Origin: Octopus vulgaris
Lineage: Eukaryota
Length of the DNA stretch: 64,000 bases
Reading direction: 5' to 3'
Assembly (NCBI GenBank): GCA_951406725.2
Contig: OX597818.1
Span: 85,684,001 to 85,748,000, forward strand
This document shows positions 1-20,181 of this stretch, in pieces. Position 1 is the stretch's first letter. Each line of letters starts with the position of its first letter. The notes beneath the pieces were generated by a model that saw only the letters and a list, made by a program, of their open reading frames with translations, ran no database searches and was not told the origin of the DNA. Made by a program: the position numbers and the translations under genes.

Positions 1-2117
1 CACACCTACATATTTGCATGGACACAAACACACACACACACACACATATACATACATAAACACACATTAACACATTTATGCATGCATTTAAAACACAAGA
101 ACACACATGTACTTATACACCTACACATTTGTAGACACACATACACACATTTACCTGCCTGCACATTTAAACACACACACACACACATACATGCATGCAT
201 ACATACAATGATTTACATTTACAGCTGTGTTATCCACACTATGTCAAATCTCTCTACAATTTATATATTTACGCAGATCATTGGAGTATTATTGTTTTGG
301 CGGGTTTTTGTGTGTTTTTTGTGTATTTATTTGTTTCCTCCTTTTCGAATTGTTTTTTTATCTTTGTTTTTCTTTTTTCTTTTCCTTTTACACGTGGGTG
401 CATTTATTTTTACTGCCAAAACTGCTCATCCGTAAAGTGAGAATGGCAGTTATTTCACAGCTAAGATTACTGAGCTAAACTAAGTAATGCACCTTGCCTT
501 AGGGGGTTAAAGCACACATAGATACCTGTGTATGTATGTATGCATGGGTGTGTGTGTGTGTGTACACACATACATACTTGTGCATATAGATATATATGTA
601 TGTGTGTATGGATCCGCCTGCGTAATCAGTAGCTATAACAAAACTCTTGAAGTAATGATCCATTGTCTTTGTGTTGCTTTGGAATTAACCAATCATAACA
701 CTCTGCTATGATTGGTTACTTTTCACCAAACTAACCAATCAGCTTCTTGAAAACTGCTAGTATCAATTATAGTGAAATTGCAGATTTCTCTGTAGGGATT
801 TTTTTTTTATACTTCTTCAGTTTTCTTCTTTTTCTCCCTTTTTCTTTTAGAACTTCTTATTCATCTTCATATATATATATATATATATTCTATCTTTGTG
901 TCTTTTATTCAATCTAACTTCTGTCATTCTATCTAACCTTGTCTTTCTATCTTATCTTCTGCTCATCTTTCTAATTGTCCATCTGTTTATCTTCTTCAGT
1001 TAGGTCTGCATGCAACCCATGCTAGCGTGAAACAATGGACATCAAATGAAGTTTATGATGATGCCTATAATGATGGTGTGCATTTACTGATGAACACACA
1101 GCCATATATGCACCTATGATACTTAATCTTATTCTTGGTAAATAGGTATAGGTATGGTTAAAAAGGTCGCTTTGCAATCATGTGGTTTTGGGCTCAGTCC
1201 CACTGCACAGCATCCTGGCCAAGTGTCATCTACTATAGTCTCATGCCAACTAATAATTTGTGAGTGAATTTGGTTGACAGAAAGTGGGTGGAAACATACT
1301 GTATTCCTTCATGTGTTTTATTCCAAAGGATGTGGCCATGCTGAGGCACCACTAATATCGTCATCTTTTCAATGGCCATTCCTATGTGGTTAGCTTTTGG
1401 CAAATGAGGGAGTTTGATTTTGCTGCCCTTGTTTGAGTTTCTTGGCTTGGTGTACATTCATATATCTTAAACAAACCATATCTAAATATTCTACCTGTTT
1501 TATGTTCAAGCAAACCAGATTTGGCCTCTCATACCTAACCTACAATCACATCATAGAAATCTTGAAGTTACAAGATCAGTTCATGCATGATTAATTCAAA
1601 ACAATACACAAAAAATTAGCATTACATTTGATTGTAATATGAGTGTTAATAGTTTAGATTTGAACTTGTTGGTAGAAATAGTCTCAGGTAGATTGCTAAA
1701 AAAAAATAGTGAAGTCTTTACTTATTCTGCTACAGAATTGTTTTAGAGTACTTCTTACCCTTACTTCTGGACTATTACTCTGAGCCACTGTCAAGATTAT
1801 ACTCTTTCTTATTTCTGTAATTTTTAATGTCTCATTAAAGTGAGATTTTGGTATTGTTGTTCTCATTAAGCGTAAATGGTAAAAGTCAATGTTTATAATG
1901 AGGAAGGTAACAATAGACATTAAAATGGCATTTATTATCAATTCAGCAAATAATAGCCATGTGTGGATGTTTGTCTGTGGATGTGTGTATGCACATGTGT
2001 ATATATATGTATGTATATGTGTGTATATGTATATGTGTGCATATATATGTATGCATGTTTGTATATACATGTATGTACATTATATGTATGTATATGTGTA
2101 TATATATATATATATGT

Positions 2118-2335
2118 ATATGTGTGTGTGTGTGTGTGTGTGTATGTCCATATATGTGTGTGTGTGTGTGTATGTCCATATATGTGTGTGTGTGTATGTC
2201 CATATGTGTGTGTGTGTATGTCCATATATATATGTGTGTGTGTGTGTGTATGTCCATATATATATGTGTGTGTGTATGTCCATATATGTGTGTGTGTGTG
2301 TGTGTGTGTATGTCCATATATATGTATGTGTGTAT
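2118..2335. repeat. Compound minisatellite, (TG)n punctuated by TATGTCCATATA
   Basis: The motif gtgtgtatgtccatata recurs about 7 times between variable (TG)n and (TA)n runs. Confidence 0.85.
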
Positions 2336-3326
2336 ATAAGCGCAGACACAAATATATATATATATATATGAAGTGAACAAGCTCAATAACACAACCTGTT
2401 AAGTGGATGTGATGGTGGTGGTGTTCATGATGATGATGGTGAAGACATACAGAGAGACATTGCTGATAAGTCATGTTTTACTGAAGATCATAACACAAGA
2501 CATTTTATTTTTATTTTATGTGCCATCCATCTTGTGCATCATCAAAATGTTCCAATATTTCTGTCAGAGAATATATTCATTCATTCTTTTATTCTTGCTT
2601 GTATGTTTGCTTGTCCCTCACATTCTCATTTGTGTTTGTATTTGCAATCCTTTTATCCGACTTCTATACTGTGGAGTACCTCAGTCGAGATGTTTAGCTG
2701 CATTATTTGTTTATCTTTTAAGTTCTGGACTCAAATTCCACCATGTTTGATTTTACCTTTTATTCTTTTGGGATCAATAAAATTAATTACCAATCAAGTA
2801 CAGGGGTTGATATAATTGACTCCCCACCACCACTCAAAGACAACTGGCCCTGAACCAAAATTTGAAATCATTATTTGCTTATGTTTTACTTTTTTCATGC
2901 TGTCAACCCCCTATTTTTTTTTATTAATATTTCCTACTTGGTCTATTGGTTACTTTTGCTGAACTGCTAAATTATGGGGATGTAAACAAACCAACACCAG
3001 TTGTCAAGCAGTGATGATGGACAAACACAGAGAGGCATGCATGCAAGCACACACACAAACACACACAGAGCAGGCTTCCACACAGTTTCCATTTATGAAA
3101 TTCATTCATAAAGCATTGGTTGGCCCAGGGCTGCAATAGAAGCATTTGCCCAAGGTGTTGCCCTGTGGGATTGAACCTGAAACCACATAATTGCAAAGCA
3201 AGCTTCTTAACTACACAGCCTTATCTGTGCCTACATAAATATGAATTTATACAAAGCCATAGTATTTATTTGTATTTGTTATCAAAATAACATCATTTTA
3301 TATGTATGTACGTATATATATGTACA

Positions 3327-3542
3327 CAAGGGAGTGCTGGAAAACTTCTGGATTTAAGGGTTTTGCAAAAGGCCTGGCTGGAGGCCCAACTTTCTGAGTT
3401 CTTTTACAAGGCTTAGAAAAACTAAAAGATCGCTGCAATAAGTGTGTGAATCTGAGAGGGGGATATGTTGAATAAATTCATAATTAACTGATGCTCCTGT
3501 ATTTTCTCTTGCCCAAAACCAAGAACTTTTCAACATCCCTCA
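3327..3542. mobile_element. Mariner-type MITE (decayed)
   Basis: Left end caagggagtgctggaaaacttctggattt matches the reverse complement of the right end (tgagggatgttgaaaagttcttggttt). About 215 bp, non-coding. Confidence 0.6.
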
Positions 3543-5116
3543 TGTGCATGTATGTGTGTGTGAATATATATATATATATATATGAGAGAGCCCTCATGTG
3601 CATGTATGTGTGTGTGAATATATATATATATATATGAGAGAGAGATTCATACACACACACTTGCTCTTCTGGTTCACTGTGTTACTCCTACTTCCATCTT
3701 CCTTGTTCATGGTACCAACTAGACCTTTTTTTTTTTTTTTTTTGCTAACCACTCATCTGAGGCCATTCCTGGTTTTGTAATACAAACTTGTCATTTTAAA
3801 GTGATATAAATTAAGACATTCTACCAATATTTCAGGTTAATTTATGTTCCAAAACCTGCTCAGTGATGACAAAATTATTTTGACATACAATAATTATTAT
3901 TTAACTTTAATCAAATTTCTAGATCCTTATGCAAATTGATGAAATGAATACTAATTTTCAAAAGAAAAATATTTATTACTTAAAATTAAATAAAACAAAT
4001 TTCTCGTTTGTATAATTGCAATAAATATGGGTGACAAGTGTTGTAAATTTTAACAGATGCAATCTACTCTATTGAAAATATATCTTAGCATAATTTCATT
4101 TTTAAAAAAATGTGTAATTTTTTGGAAGTTATAAGAATCAAAATAGGTAGTAAGACATCAAACTGGAGTTATGCCTTTCTCTCTTTCGTCAAGCCTAGTG
4201 TGTGCACTTATCCTGTAGGTCTCTTTTACTCTTTCTCTCCTTTTCTCTATGTGATGTAAATTCCATCTGGAGAATTCATCCAACCTACCAACCAACATTT
4301 ATATAGGCGATTATTATGTAGAGACTGCTAATGACAAAGATATTCTCATTCTTTCAAAGAATTATTTGAAACAAAGACAATGTATCTCAACAGAAATATA
4401 GTAACAAAGAGGTTAATTGGTTATAAAGCCAGTTGTTGTAAAGTTGCTATATTGTCCAATAACTCAGACCTAATATGCTATTGCTGCTCATCTTGTTATA
4501 TTTACTGCCAGAGGGATCGAACCTAAAGTTGATCCTTGTTCAAGGGTCAGCTTTAAAGGTCAGTATTGACAGCTGGGTGGGGGGAGGCCATGTTTATGTG
4601 GTTATCCAGGGGTCAATAAATATATATTTCAACAATATGAATATAATGTAAATGAATTTTTATTATTCTTTATCACTTCTGTTAAGTATTTTCATCAAGT
4701 TTCTTTAAATATTTCATATTAAAATGCCATAATGAATACAAAAGAATTGAGGAATTATTGTTCTTAAATCAAGGAATTTTTTGTTATACTTCTTAATTTT
4801 CTTACAGAATTTTACATAATGGGTGTCAATTAGTTATCAATAGTTCCACAGAAATGGATCAATGATACGAGAAGTTTGGGGTCCCCTGTCTCAGATTTGA
4901 TATTAGATTGTGTTGGCAGAGATAATAGAACAGCACCAGAACTGATCTCACTTTTGAACAATTATTACTGTTTTAATTGTGTAAACTTGTTATACACCCT
5001 CCCTTAAAAAAAAAGAAGCAAAAAACAACATTACTTATGGCTACCTTGAATACAGGGTATCCTATCTTTCCATGTTATGAAATACTGTTCTACATAAGTC
5101 TCCCTTTTCATTTCAG

Positions 5117-5225
5117 TTGCATGCATTGTATCCAGAGCAAGTTTCCTTGTAACTGGTGCATCAAAGAACATTTATGCACCACAAACAAGACGAAAAACAG
5201 TTCAGACATTGTTCTTGGAAATGCT
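5117..5225 (+). CDS. PlexB: Plexin (Plexin-B-like) internal exon A: PSI2 domain
   Basis: tttcAG|T...GCT|GTaagt. After one phase base it reads CMHCIQSKFPCNWCIKEHLCTTNKTKNSSDIVLGNA, with the PSI pattern CxxC-x6-CxWC. Ends phase 0. The B-class call comes from recalled similarity to insect PlexB (FPCxWC, DI.V.G). Confidence 0.88.
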
Positions 5226-6878
5226 GTAAGTACATTTTATTATTTTGTGCATTTTTCTCTTTCCTCTCTTTTCTGACAGAGATAGCTACAGATCTTCAGC
5301 GAGGCTCCTGTTTCTGTCCCTTCTGTTTCTCTATACCCTTTCAACACTTGGCACAAAGCCACTCCACTCAGTACTACTCTCCACTTAGTTGAGGGGTCTT
5401 GCCTTGCAAGTTACTTGGTGACCTCACTGGTGTTGGTGCCATGTAAAAAAATTACCTAGTGTACTCTATAAACTGGCTGGTGTTAGGAAGAGCATCCAGC
5501 CATAGAATTTATGGCAAAGAACATAGTAGAGTTTGGTGCAGTCATCTGGTTTGCCAGCTTCTGTCAAAGCTTCCAAACCATGCCAGCATGGGAGACACAC
5601 ATGAAACAATAAAGGTGATCATGTATTTTTGTGTGTGTGTTTCCATATTGAACAATATTATTTACTGATGCTGTCGTTTGTGTTACTAATTTTGTAATTT
5701 TAAGGATATTACGACAATGTGGGTATCATTTTAACTACATCATCATTGGTTGTTTTGCTACTACAACTACTATTGCTGCTGCTGCTACTACTACTACTAC
5801 TACTACTACGTCACCACCATTGCTACTGTTACAACTACTATAGTTTTTATATTATACTATTTCTCTATATTTCATTAAATGAACCAAAAAGATGTCTGTC
5901 AACTGGACAGAACCCCTTTAAGCTTTGTTGCCAGGTGTTAGAATTGAACCTTGCTCCTTCTTGTTTAACCTGTGAACAGAGATAGTACTTTCTACACTCA
6001 TTCTAACTCCTCTCTGTGTCTCTCCTTGTCACTCTCCTGTCTACCTTCCTTTCTTCCTTTCTCTCTCTCTCTCCTCCCCTCTCAGCTTTACCTTGTCTCC
6101 TTCATTTCTATCTTTCTGTCTTTCATTCTCCCTCTGCTTTCTCTCTTTCTCTATCCCTCTCTAACTCTATCTTTTCATACCTCTCTCTCTCTCTCTTTTA
6201 TATTCCTTCCTATCGTCTCAACCTTCTCATCTCTTGTCACATTTTCAATCATCATCTCTTTTCTGTATCCTTTTTTCTTCCCTATTACCTCTCTCCTTCA
6301 TTGTCCCCTAATAACTCATTCTTCTTCTCCTCCTTTTCTTCTCCACCACCACCACTTCTACTACTCCTACTCATGTAGTGTGTCACCTCCCCTCTCAAAA
6401 ATCCCACTCTACCATCCCATTCACACACACACACACACTCCATATTAAACTATAAAATTTCCCTAATTGCCACAATTCACCAAAATTTTCCTCTCAGAAA
6501 AAGTTCTTGTCTCATTCTATAAACTCTTTCACTCATTTCTTTCCTTTTGTTTTCACCACTTTTTCTTCCTTTGTCATTTCATTCTATTATCTTTTTCTTT
6601 GCTATTGTATCTTAATTCCTTTTTTTTTTTTTTACATGTGTATGTATGTGTATCTATATTTCTTTATGCATGTGTACACCCTTTTGCAATGACTTTCTGA
6701 GCATACTAGCTCATGTGTATACACACATACACACACACACACACGTGTACCCACATATATTTACATGCACACACATGCACCCACATATATTTATACATAC
6801 GCACACACAGATATGTATGTGTAGCTATGTGTATATATAAATATACACACACAGACACTTAAAATTATGCTGATATCC

Positions 6879-6910
<32 letters not shown>

Positions 6911-6962
6911 TTGTATAGATAAATAGATAGATATATAGGTAGGTAGATAGATACTGAGATAC

Positions 6963-7003
<41 letters not shown>

Positions 7004-9841
7004 AGAGAGAAAGAGATAGATATAAATATGAGCATGTACTCATCTCATATATACAATTACACACACACACAGCACTCAGTGATGTTTCTAATCACTTGCT
7101 GAGAAATGTATTATATCCCACAATCCTCTGTTAATTAAGATGCAAAAACATGGATAATGACATGACTGGATAATGACATAACAATAAATTCTTTGATTTA
7201 CTCTTCTGCTTTGAATATTGATACAAAATCAGTATTTTTAGGGGGAATGGAAAATTTCTGGAATCAATACTAGTAGTTTTCAAGGGATTGGCAAGTCTAA
7301 TTGAATCATGTAAGTATTTTTAGGGAACAGGCAAATTTAATGGAATCAAATTTAATGGAGATGGAAACCACATGGTTGGGAAGCAAACTTGTTACCCACA
7401 CTGCCACACCTGCACTTATATGTATATATGTATCATCATCATCGTTTAATGTTTGCTTTCCATGCTGGCATGGGTTGGATAGTTTGACAAGCAGAAAACT
7501 ACACCTAGATTTCTGTCAATTTTGGCATGGTTTTTACAGTTGGATGCCCTTCTAAATGCCAACCACTTTACAGTGTGAACTGGACGCCCTTCCCAACATC
7601 AACCATGCTGCAGAGTGAGTGCTTTTTATGTGGCATAAGCACAGGCTAGATCAGGTTTGGCCTGGATTTTACAGTTGGATGCCCTTCCAAAACACCAACC
7701 ACTATATAGTGTGGACTGGATATTTTTTATGTGGCACCAGCACTGGAAGGGTCACCAAGAAACTTGCAAGACAAAGATCATTTAAGAGGGGAGAGGGCAT
7801 TGGAAAGGTGATCTTGTGCCAGATCTACATATCACATAATCACATGACCACGCAGGCTATGAGAAGCTGTTACACATCGCTGGTCACAATGCACTTTTCC
7901 ATTGTTTTAACCTTTAAATGATGTCACCCCACTGGCTAGGCATGCAGGCCAAGAATACAATGCACTGCTCTGTCAGGAAATTGAACCCACAACTAAGTGA
8001 TTGTGAGTGCAACAGCCTAGAAAGAAAGAATGAACTAGCAAAACATGGTAAAAAAATAGGATCAAAAATCCTTGCTGAGCCATAGGCTAACAAGACCAGT
8101 TTCCTGTATTCACTGGTATATAGAGTTATCATCTTGCTTGGAAACAGCTGAAGGCTGGTGACAGGAAACGCATTCTTCCATAGAAAATCCTTCTCAACAA
8201 ATACCATCTGACTAATGCAAGGATGGAAAAGTAGATGTTAAAACCAATGATTATTATTATTAACGATATCCTTTGCTTTTTAACATGGTAGAATGTGGTG
8301 TGAAACAGATTTGGCTGCTATTTCTAAATAACTGAGGTATTATATTAATTAAAGACTCACTTGCTGGTTTTAACCAAACCAATAACGCATTGCTTGTAGA
8401 TTGATAAAGTTTAGCATTAAAATTGAAGGGCTGTAGAATCTACTTAAAATGGCTTTAAGGGTAGGGCATAGACAAAAGAAAACCATTATTCTAAAGGATT
8501 AAAAATAAAATGTGGTTTAGAAGTATGCATGTGTAGGAGTGTTAGAAACAAGACAGCCAAGCTTACACACTGTTATTACTGCAGCACATTTCACAATCTA
8601 CCCTGTCTTCCATCCAATCTTTCTTCTAAGGTCAGTTACCACTATTATTCTGCTCTAGAACTTTGGTGCCATTAAGACTATTACAAGATATAATTAGTAT
8701 TTCCTCTTCTTCTGTCCTTATCTTAATTAAATAGTACTTTCGCACAAAATCTTAATCCTTCAGTTCAAGTAACCTAATCCAAGTTTTTAAGTTTTCTAAA
8801 TCTTCTTAAAAAAAAAAATTCATTTCCTCCCACCCACAAACATTACTACGTGGCCGCTCTCACTCCCCCCCCTCTCTCTCTCTGTACTTTATACTCATTT
8901 TTATTCTTGTTTCATTTCTTAATCTTTCTTTCAATTAGTGGATGAAATGCTTAGTGGCATTTTTCCTGTCTTTATATTCTGAGTTCAAATCCCACCAGGG
9001 TAAACTTTGCTTTTTCATCCTTTCAAGGCCCAATATTCTAAAGTATCATTCAAGTGCCAGGGCCAGTGCAATTGACTTGCAGCCCACCCCAACTTAAACT
9101 GCTCACCTCATGCAAATTTGAAACCAGTACAGAAGACTGGAAAACACCACATCATCACACACATACCCATGTATATTTGTGTATATGTGTTTGTAGTTAT
9201 GTATATTCGACATGCTTTTTTCAGTTTCCATCTACCAAATCCATTCACAAAACTTCAGTTGGCCTAAAGTCTAAGTGCTGCACAGTGGTACTGAACCTAA
9301 AATTATATGGTTGGGAAGCAAGCTTCTTAACCACACAGCCACACTTGCACCTGTATATGTATATATAAAGTGGAGAGATTCAATGGATATAAATTAATTA
9401 ATTGACAAAAAGTACCTTTTGAGCATTGGGCCTCACCAAAGCAATGACAAATGACTGAGACCTTTTGGTAATATGCCATGCTGGAGCATCAATATGCCAT
9501 GCTGCACCCATTAAGCCAAATGAAGTCATAGTTATGGCAGATACTGGTGTCATGCAACTGGCATCCATGCCAGTGGCACATAAAAGCACCCATTATACTC
9601 TTGGAGTGGTTGGCATTAGGAAGGGCATGCAGCCATGATAACCATGCCAAATCAGACTGAAGTTTTGTGCAGCCCCTCAGCTTACCAGCCCTGGTCAAAC
9701 TATCCAACCCATGCCAGCTTGGGCAACAGACGTTAAATGATGGTAATGATATATATGTATATATATATATGTATAGATATATGTATATGTATAGATATAT
9801 ATATATATGTATAGATATATATATATAGATATATATATATA

Positions 9842-10044
9842 GTTAATCCAAACAAGAAAACACAAAAAACACAACAACGTGAGGACGTGGAACAAATATA
9901 GTATTATTGGATGCTCAGGAAAGAAGGAGGGTTTAACATTTCGAGCGGAGCTCTTCGTCGGAAACATAGAAGGAAAGATCCAGAGAAGGGAAGACAGAGG
10001 AAAAAAATTCGCCAACGGTCCACACGAGGTCACATTTTGAAAGC
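9842..10044 (-). mobile_element. Short non-autonomous element between (TA)n runs, probably a Penelope-like terminal remnant
   Basis: About 200 bp, CpG-retaining island flanked by (TA)n on both sides; contains a minimal hammerhead-like motif on the minus strand. Confidence 0.5.
9931..9965 (-). ncRNA. Minimal type-I hammerhead ribozyme-like motif (variant core)
   Basis: Minus strand reads GUUU-CCGACGA-A-GAGC-UCC-GCUC-GAAA-UG-UU-AAAC. Stem I is GUUU/AAAC, the core is C(C)GANGA, stem II is GAGC/GCUC, followed by GAAA, a minimal stem III and a GUU cleavage triplet. Confidence 0.55.
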
Positions 10045-10078
10045 ATATACATATCTAGATATATATATAGATATATAT

Positions 10079-10180
<102 letters not shown>

Positions 10181-11938
10181 GTGTGTGTATAGATATATAT
10201 ATATATATATGTGTATAGATATAGATATATATATAGATATATGTATAGATATATATATATGTATATAGATATATGTATAGATATATATATATGTATATAG
10301 ATATATATATACTTTGATACTTTGATACTTTGATAGGTTTCGGCCATTATTGGCCCAGGCCATGTCTAACTTAATAGCACCACCTGGTGAAGTCTTTCAA
10401 GTCAGAATTTGGGCACTATGGCCCACTCAAGTAGAGAGTTATTGTTTACAGAGACATATCCGGGTGTAGGGGGTTTATCCGGGATTTCTTGAAGGAATCT
10501 GTCCAAAGACTTCTTGAACCCTATAGGGTCAGTTTCTGTTTTAATGTGTTTTGGTGTAATGTTAAAGAGAGCGGGGCCAATTGAGGTGAAATAATTGTGC
10601 CGTATTGTTGTTATGAGATGAGAGTGCGATTTTTGTTTTGGGCGGATGGCACGGGGCCCAAGCCTTGGATGTACCTTAAAGGTGATGCCAACATCATTTG
10701 GGCAATGCTGATGGAATATTTTCCACATCATGCAGATGATGTAGCGCTCACGACGACGTTGGAGAGAATAGAGTTTTAGCTTTTCTAGTCGACCCCAATA
10801 GTCGAGGCCTGTCATGCCATCTATCTTTTTTGTGATTGCCCTTTGAGGTGCTTCGACTTTTTTGATACCTTGTATTGTGTGGGGAGACCACAGTGGACAA
10901 CAGTATTCAAGGTGGGGTCGGGCAAAAGTGGAGAAGAGAAGGATAATGGTGTGGATATCTCTCGACTGGAAAGTTCTGAGAATCCAGGAACACATTCTGC
11001 GGGCCATGTCAACTTTGGTGTTTATATGAGTGGCCCAGCTTACGTTGTTGTCCACAATTACTCCCAAGTCTCTGATGTTGTTGGACGCCGCGAGAGTTTC
11101 ACCTGAAGGAAGGGAGTATGGGAGTTTCAGGGCATCCTCTTTTCCAAAGTGGATTAGCTCAAATTTATCCTCGTTCAGCAGCATATTGTTTTTTTCTGCC
11201 CATTGGATAACAGCCAGTAGATCTGACTGAAGGCATGTCCGGTCACTCGCCTCATTTATGACCTTCTGTAGCTTGGAGTCATCTGCAAAGATTTTTATGT
11301 TGCTGTGCTTGATGATGTCATTAATGTCATTAATGTAAATGATGAAAAGAAGTGGGCCCAGCACAGTGCCTTGCGGAACGCCACTACTGACTTTGGCTGG
11401 GCTTGATTTTACCCCTTCAACTACAACATGTTGAGATCTGTCTGTCAGGAAACACTTAATCCATTTCAGTAACTTTCCAGAGACACCAATGTTGGATAGT
11501 TTTTTCAATAGGATCTTGTGATCGACCCTGTCGAAGGCCTTACTGAAATCAAGGTAGATGACATCGGTGTTGGAGCCCTCTCCCAAAGCTCTCAAAATGT
11601 CCTCAAAGTGATGCAGGAGCTGCGTTAGGCAGTCCCTTCCATTACGGAACCCATGTTGGTTGGAGATCAGCCGTCTGTTGCTTTCCAGAAATTGGGTTAT
11701 TTGAGATCTCACCACCCTCTCAAATACCTTGATGATATGAGAGGTGAGTGAGATCGGACGGTAATTCACTGCAAGGGACTTGTTTCCCTTTTTGAAAACT
11801 GGGACAACAGACTGGGACAGAAGGTTTTTGGAATATAGCCAGCATCCAGTGAGTTTCTCCACAGATTAGCAAGGGGAGATGCAAGTTGGTGTCGACACAC
11901 CTTCAGGACACAAGCAGGGAACCTATCGGGGCCTACTG

Positions 11939-15373
<3,435 letters not shown>

Positions 15374-15473
15374 NNNNNNNNNNNNNNNNNNNNNNNNNNN
15401 NNNNNNNNNNNNNNNNNNNNNNNNNNNNNNNNNNNNNNNNNNNNNNNNNNNNNNNNNNNNNNNNNNNNNNNNN
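15374..15473. other. Scaffold gap of 100 N
   Basis: Run of exactly 100 N. Confidence 0.99.
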
Positions 15474-18870
<3,397 letters not shown>

Positions 18871-19726
18871 GTATTTGTCTCCAACCGTTGCTTGACAACT
18901 GGTGTTGGTGTTTTTACATCCCTGTAATTTAGCAGTTTGGCTAAAGAGGCCGATAGAATAAGTACCAGGTTTAAAAGAAAAATGTCCTGGGTTTCATTCA
19001 TTTGACTAAAAACTCTTCAAGGCGGTGCTCCAGCATGGCCATAATCTAATGATTGAAACAAGTAAAAGAACAAAATGAGCAGACATTTTCTCTCCATCAA
19101 CTTCATCTCACTTTGAATATCCTCTAACCCTAACCCCATCTCCTCTATATCATGGGTTGTGTATTACCTTCAAATTAGCAATTATTTTTTATCTTTCAAA
19201 AAATTTTTAATTTGAAGAATCTACAAGATGAATGAAAATTTCTCTCTCCATTCAATTTCATCTCACCTGAATATCCTCCAACCCAGGTTTTGTAGTTGGG
19301 CTCCTAAGTGGTTATATTCTCTACTACTGTTCTTTCTCCTCTTTGATTATTACCATTGTTCAGAGTCTGTGACTGTTGATTCCACTGATGGCAGGAAGTA
19401 TATGTCAGCAAAATTTCTTTCATTCTTTCATTATTTCAAGCGGTCTTTCACACTTGAAAGCTCTCTGTCTCATCACTTCTGTCACAGCCATCATTTGTTT
19501 TGTTATATTTATATTTTTTCTTTTTCTCTTTATTTCTAGTTCTTGTCCTACATTTTTTGCCTTTCTTATACATTCATATATTTTTCTTTTCTATGATTTT
19601 TATACTTTTGTTGTTGTTCTTGCTTCTTCTTCAATCTTGTCTTCTACCATCTTTCTGTCTAACAAGTGTTCTCTTGCTTCCTCATTGTGTCTCCTAGCTT
19701 TTTCTTCCATCACTAATTATTTCCAC

Positions 19727-19757
<31 letters not shown>

Positions 19758-20076
19758 ATGTATACACAGACACACACCACAAGTTTTTCTCCCCACCATT
19801 CTTCTATTATTATTATTATTATTATTATTGTAGTAGTAGTTTTAGTACAAAAAAGACTAGTCTTTTTTTTATTGTTGCATTCAGTGTAAAAGAAATAAAT
19901 TGCAGAGACCTTTTTTTTTTTTATTATATGTGAGACTATGTGTGCATGTGTGTGTGTGTGCACTGTATTTGCTGCTGGTTATTGGTTAAAAAGATTGATT
20001 CTATTCAGTTGTGAAATTAATTTTATATGTGTGTGGATATATATATATAACTTTTTTTCCCATTTTCTATTGGCAG

Positions 20077-20181
20077 TATACCGGATCAAAATTATGTCCA
20101 CGGATTGAATATGATTCGGCTGTCATACCTGTTGCCTCTGGCACAGAAAAAAGCGTTTCCTTGAAGGCAATGAACTTAAAA
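20077..20181 (+). CDS. PlexB: Plexin exon B: end of PSI2, start of IPT2
   Basis: Polypyrimidine tract then ggcAG|TAT...AAA|GTaagt. Reads YTGSKLCPRIEYDSAVIPVASGTEKSVSLKAMNLK, with the terminal PSI 'CP' and the plexin 'L.A.NL' motif. 105 nt, phase 0-0. Confidence 0.88.

Noticed and set aside
1696-1950. Non-repetitive part of ORF 1696-2070 (-)
   Set aside because: No recognisable motif or convincing splice sites; probably decayed repeat sequence.
10402-11862. 486-aa ORF as a standalone or domesticated RT gene
   Set aside because: The annotated start is an artifact of the frameshift. The sequence is a 5'-truncated LINE with its 3' tail intact and no visible promoter.
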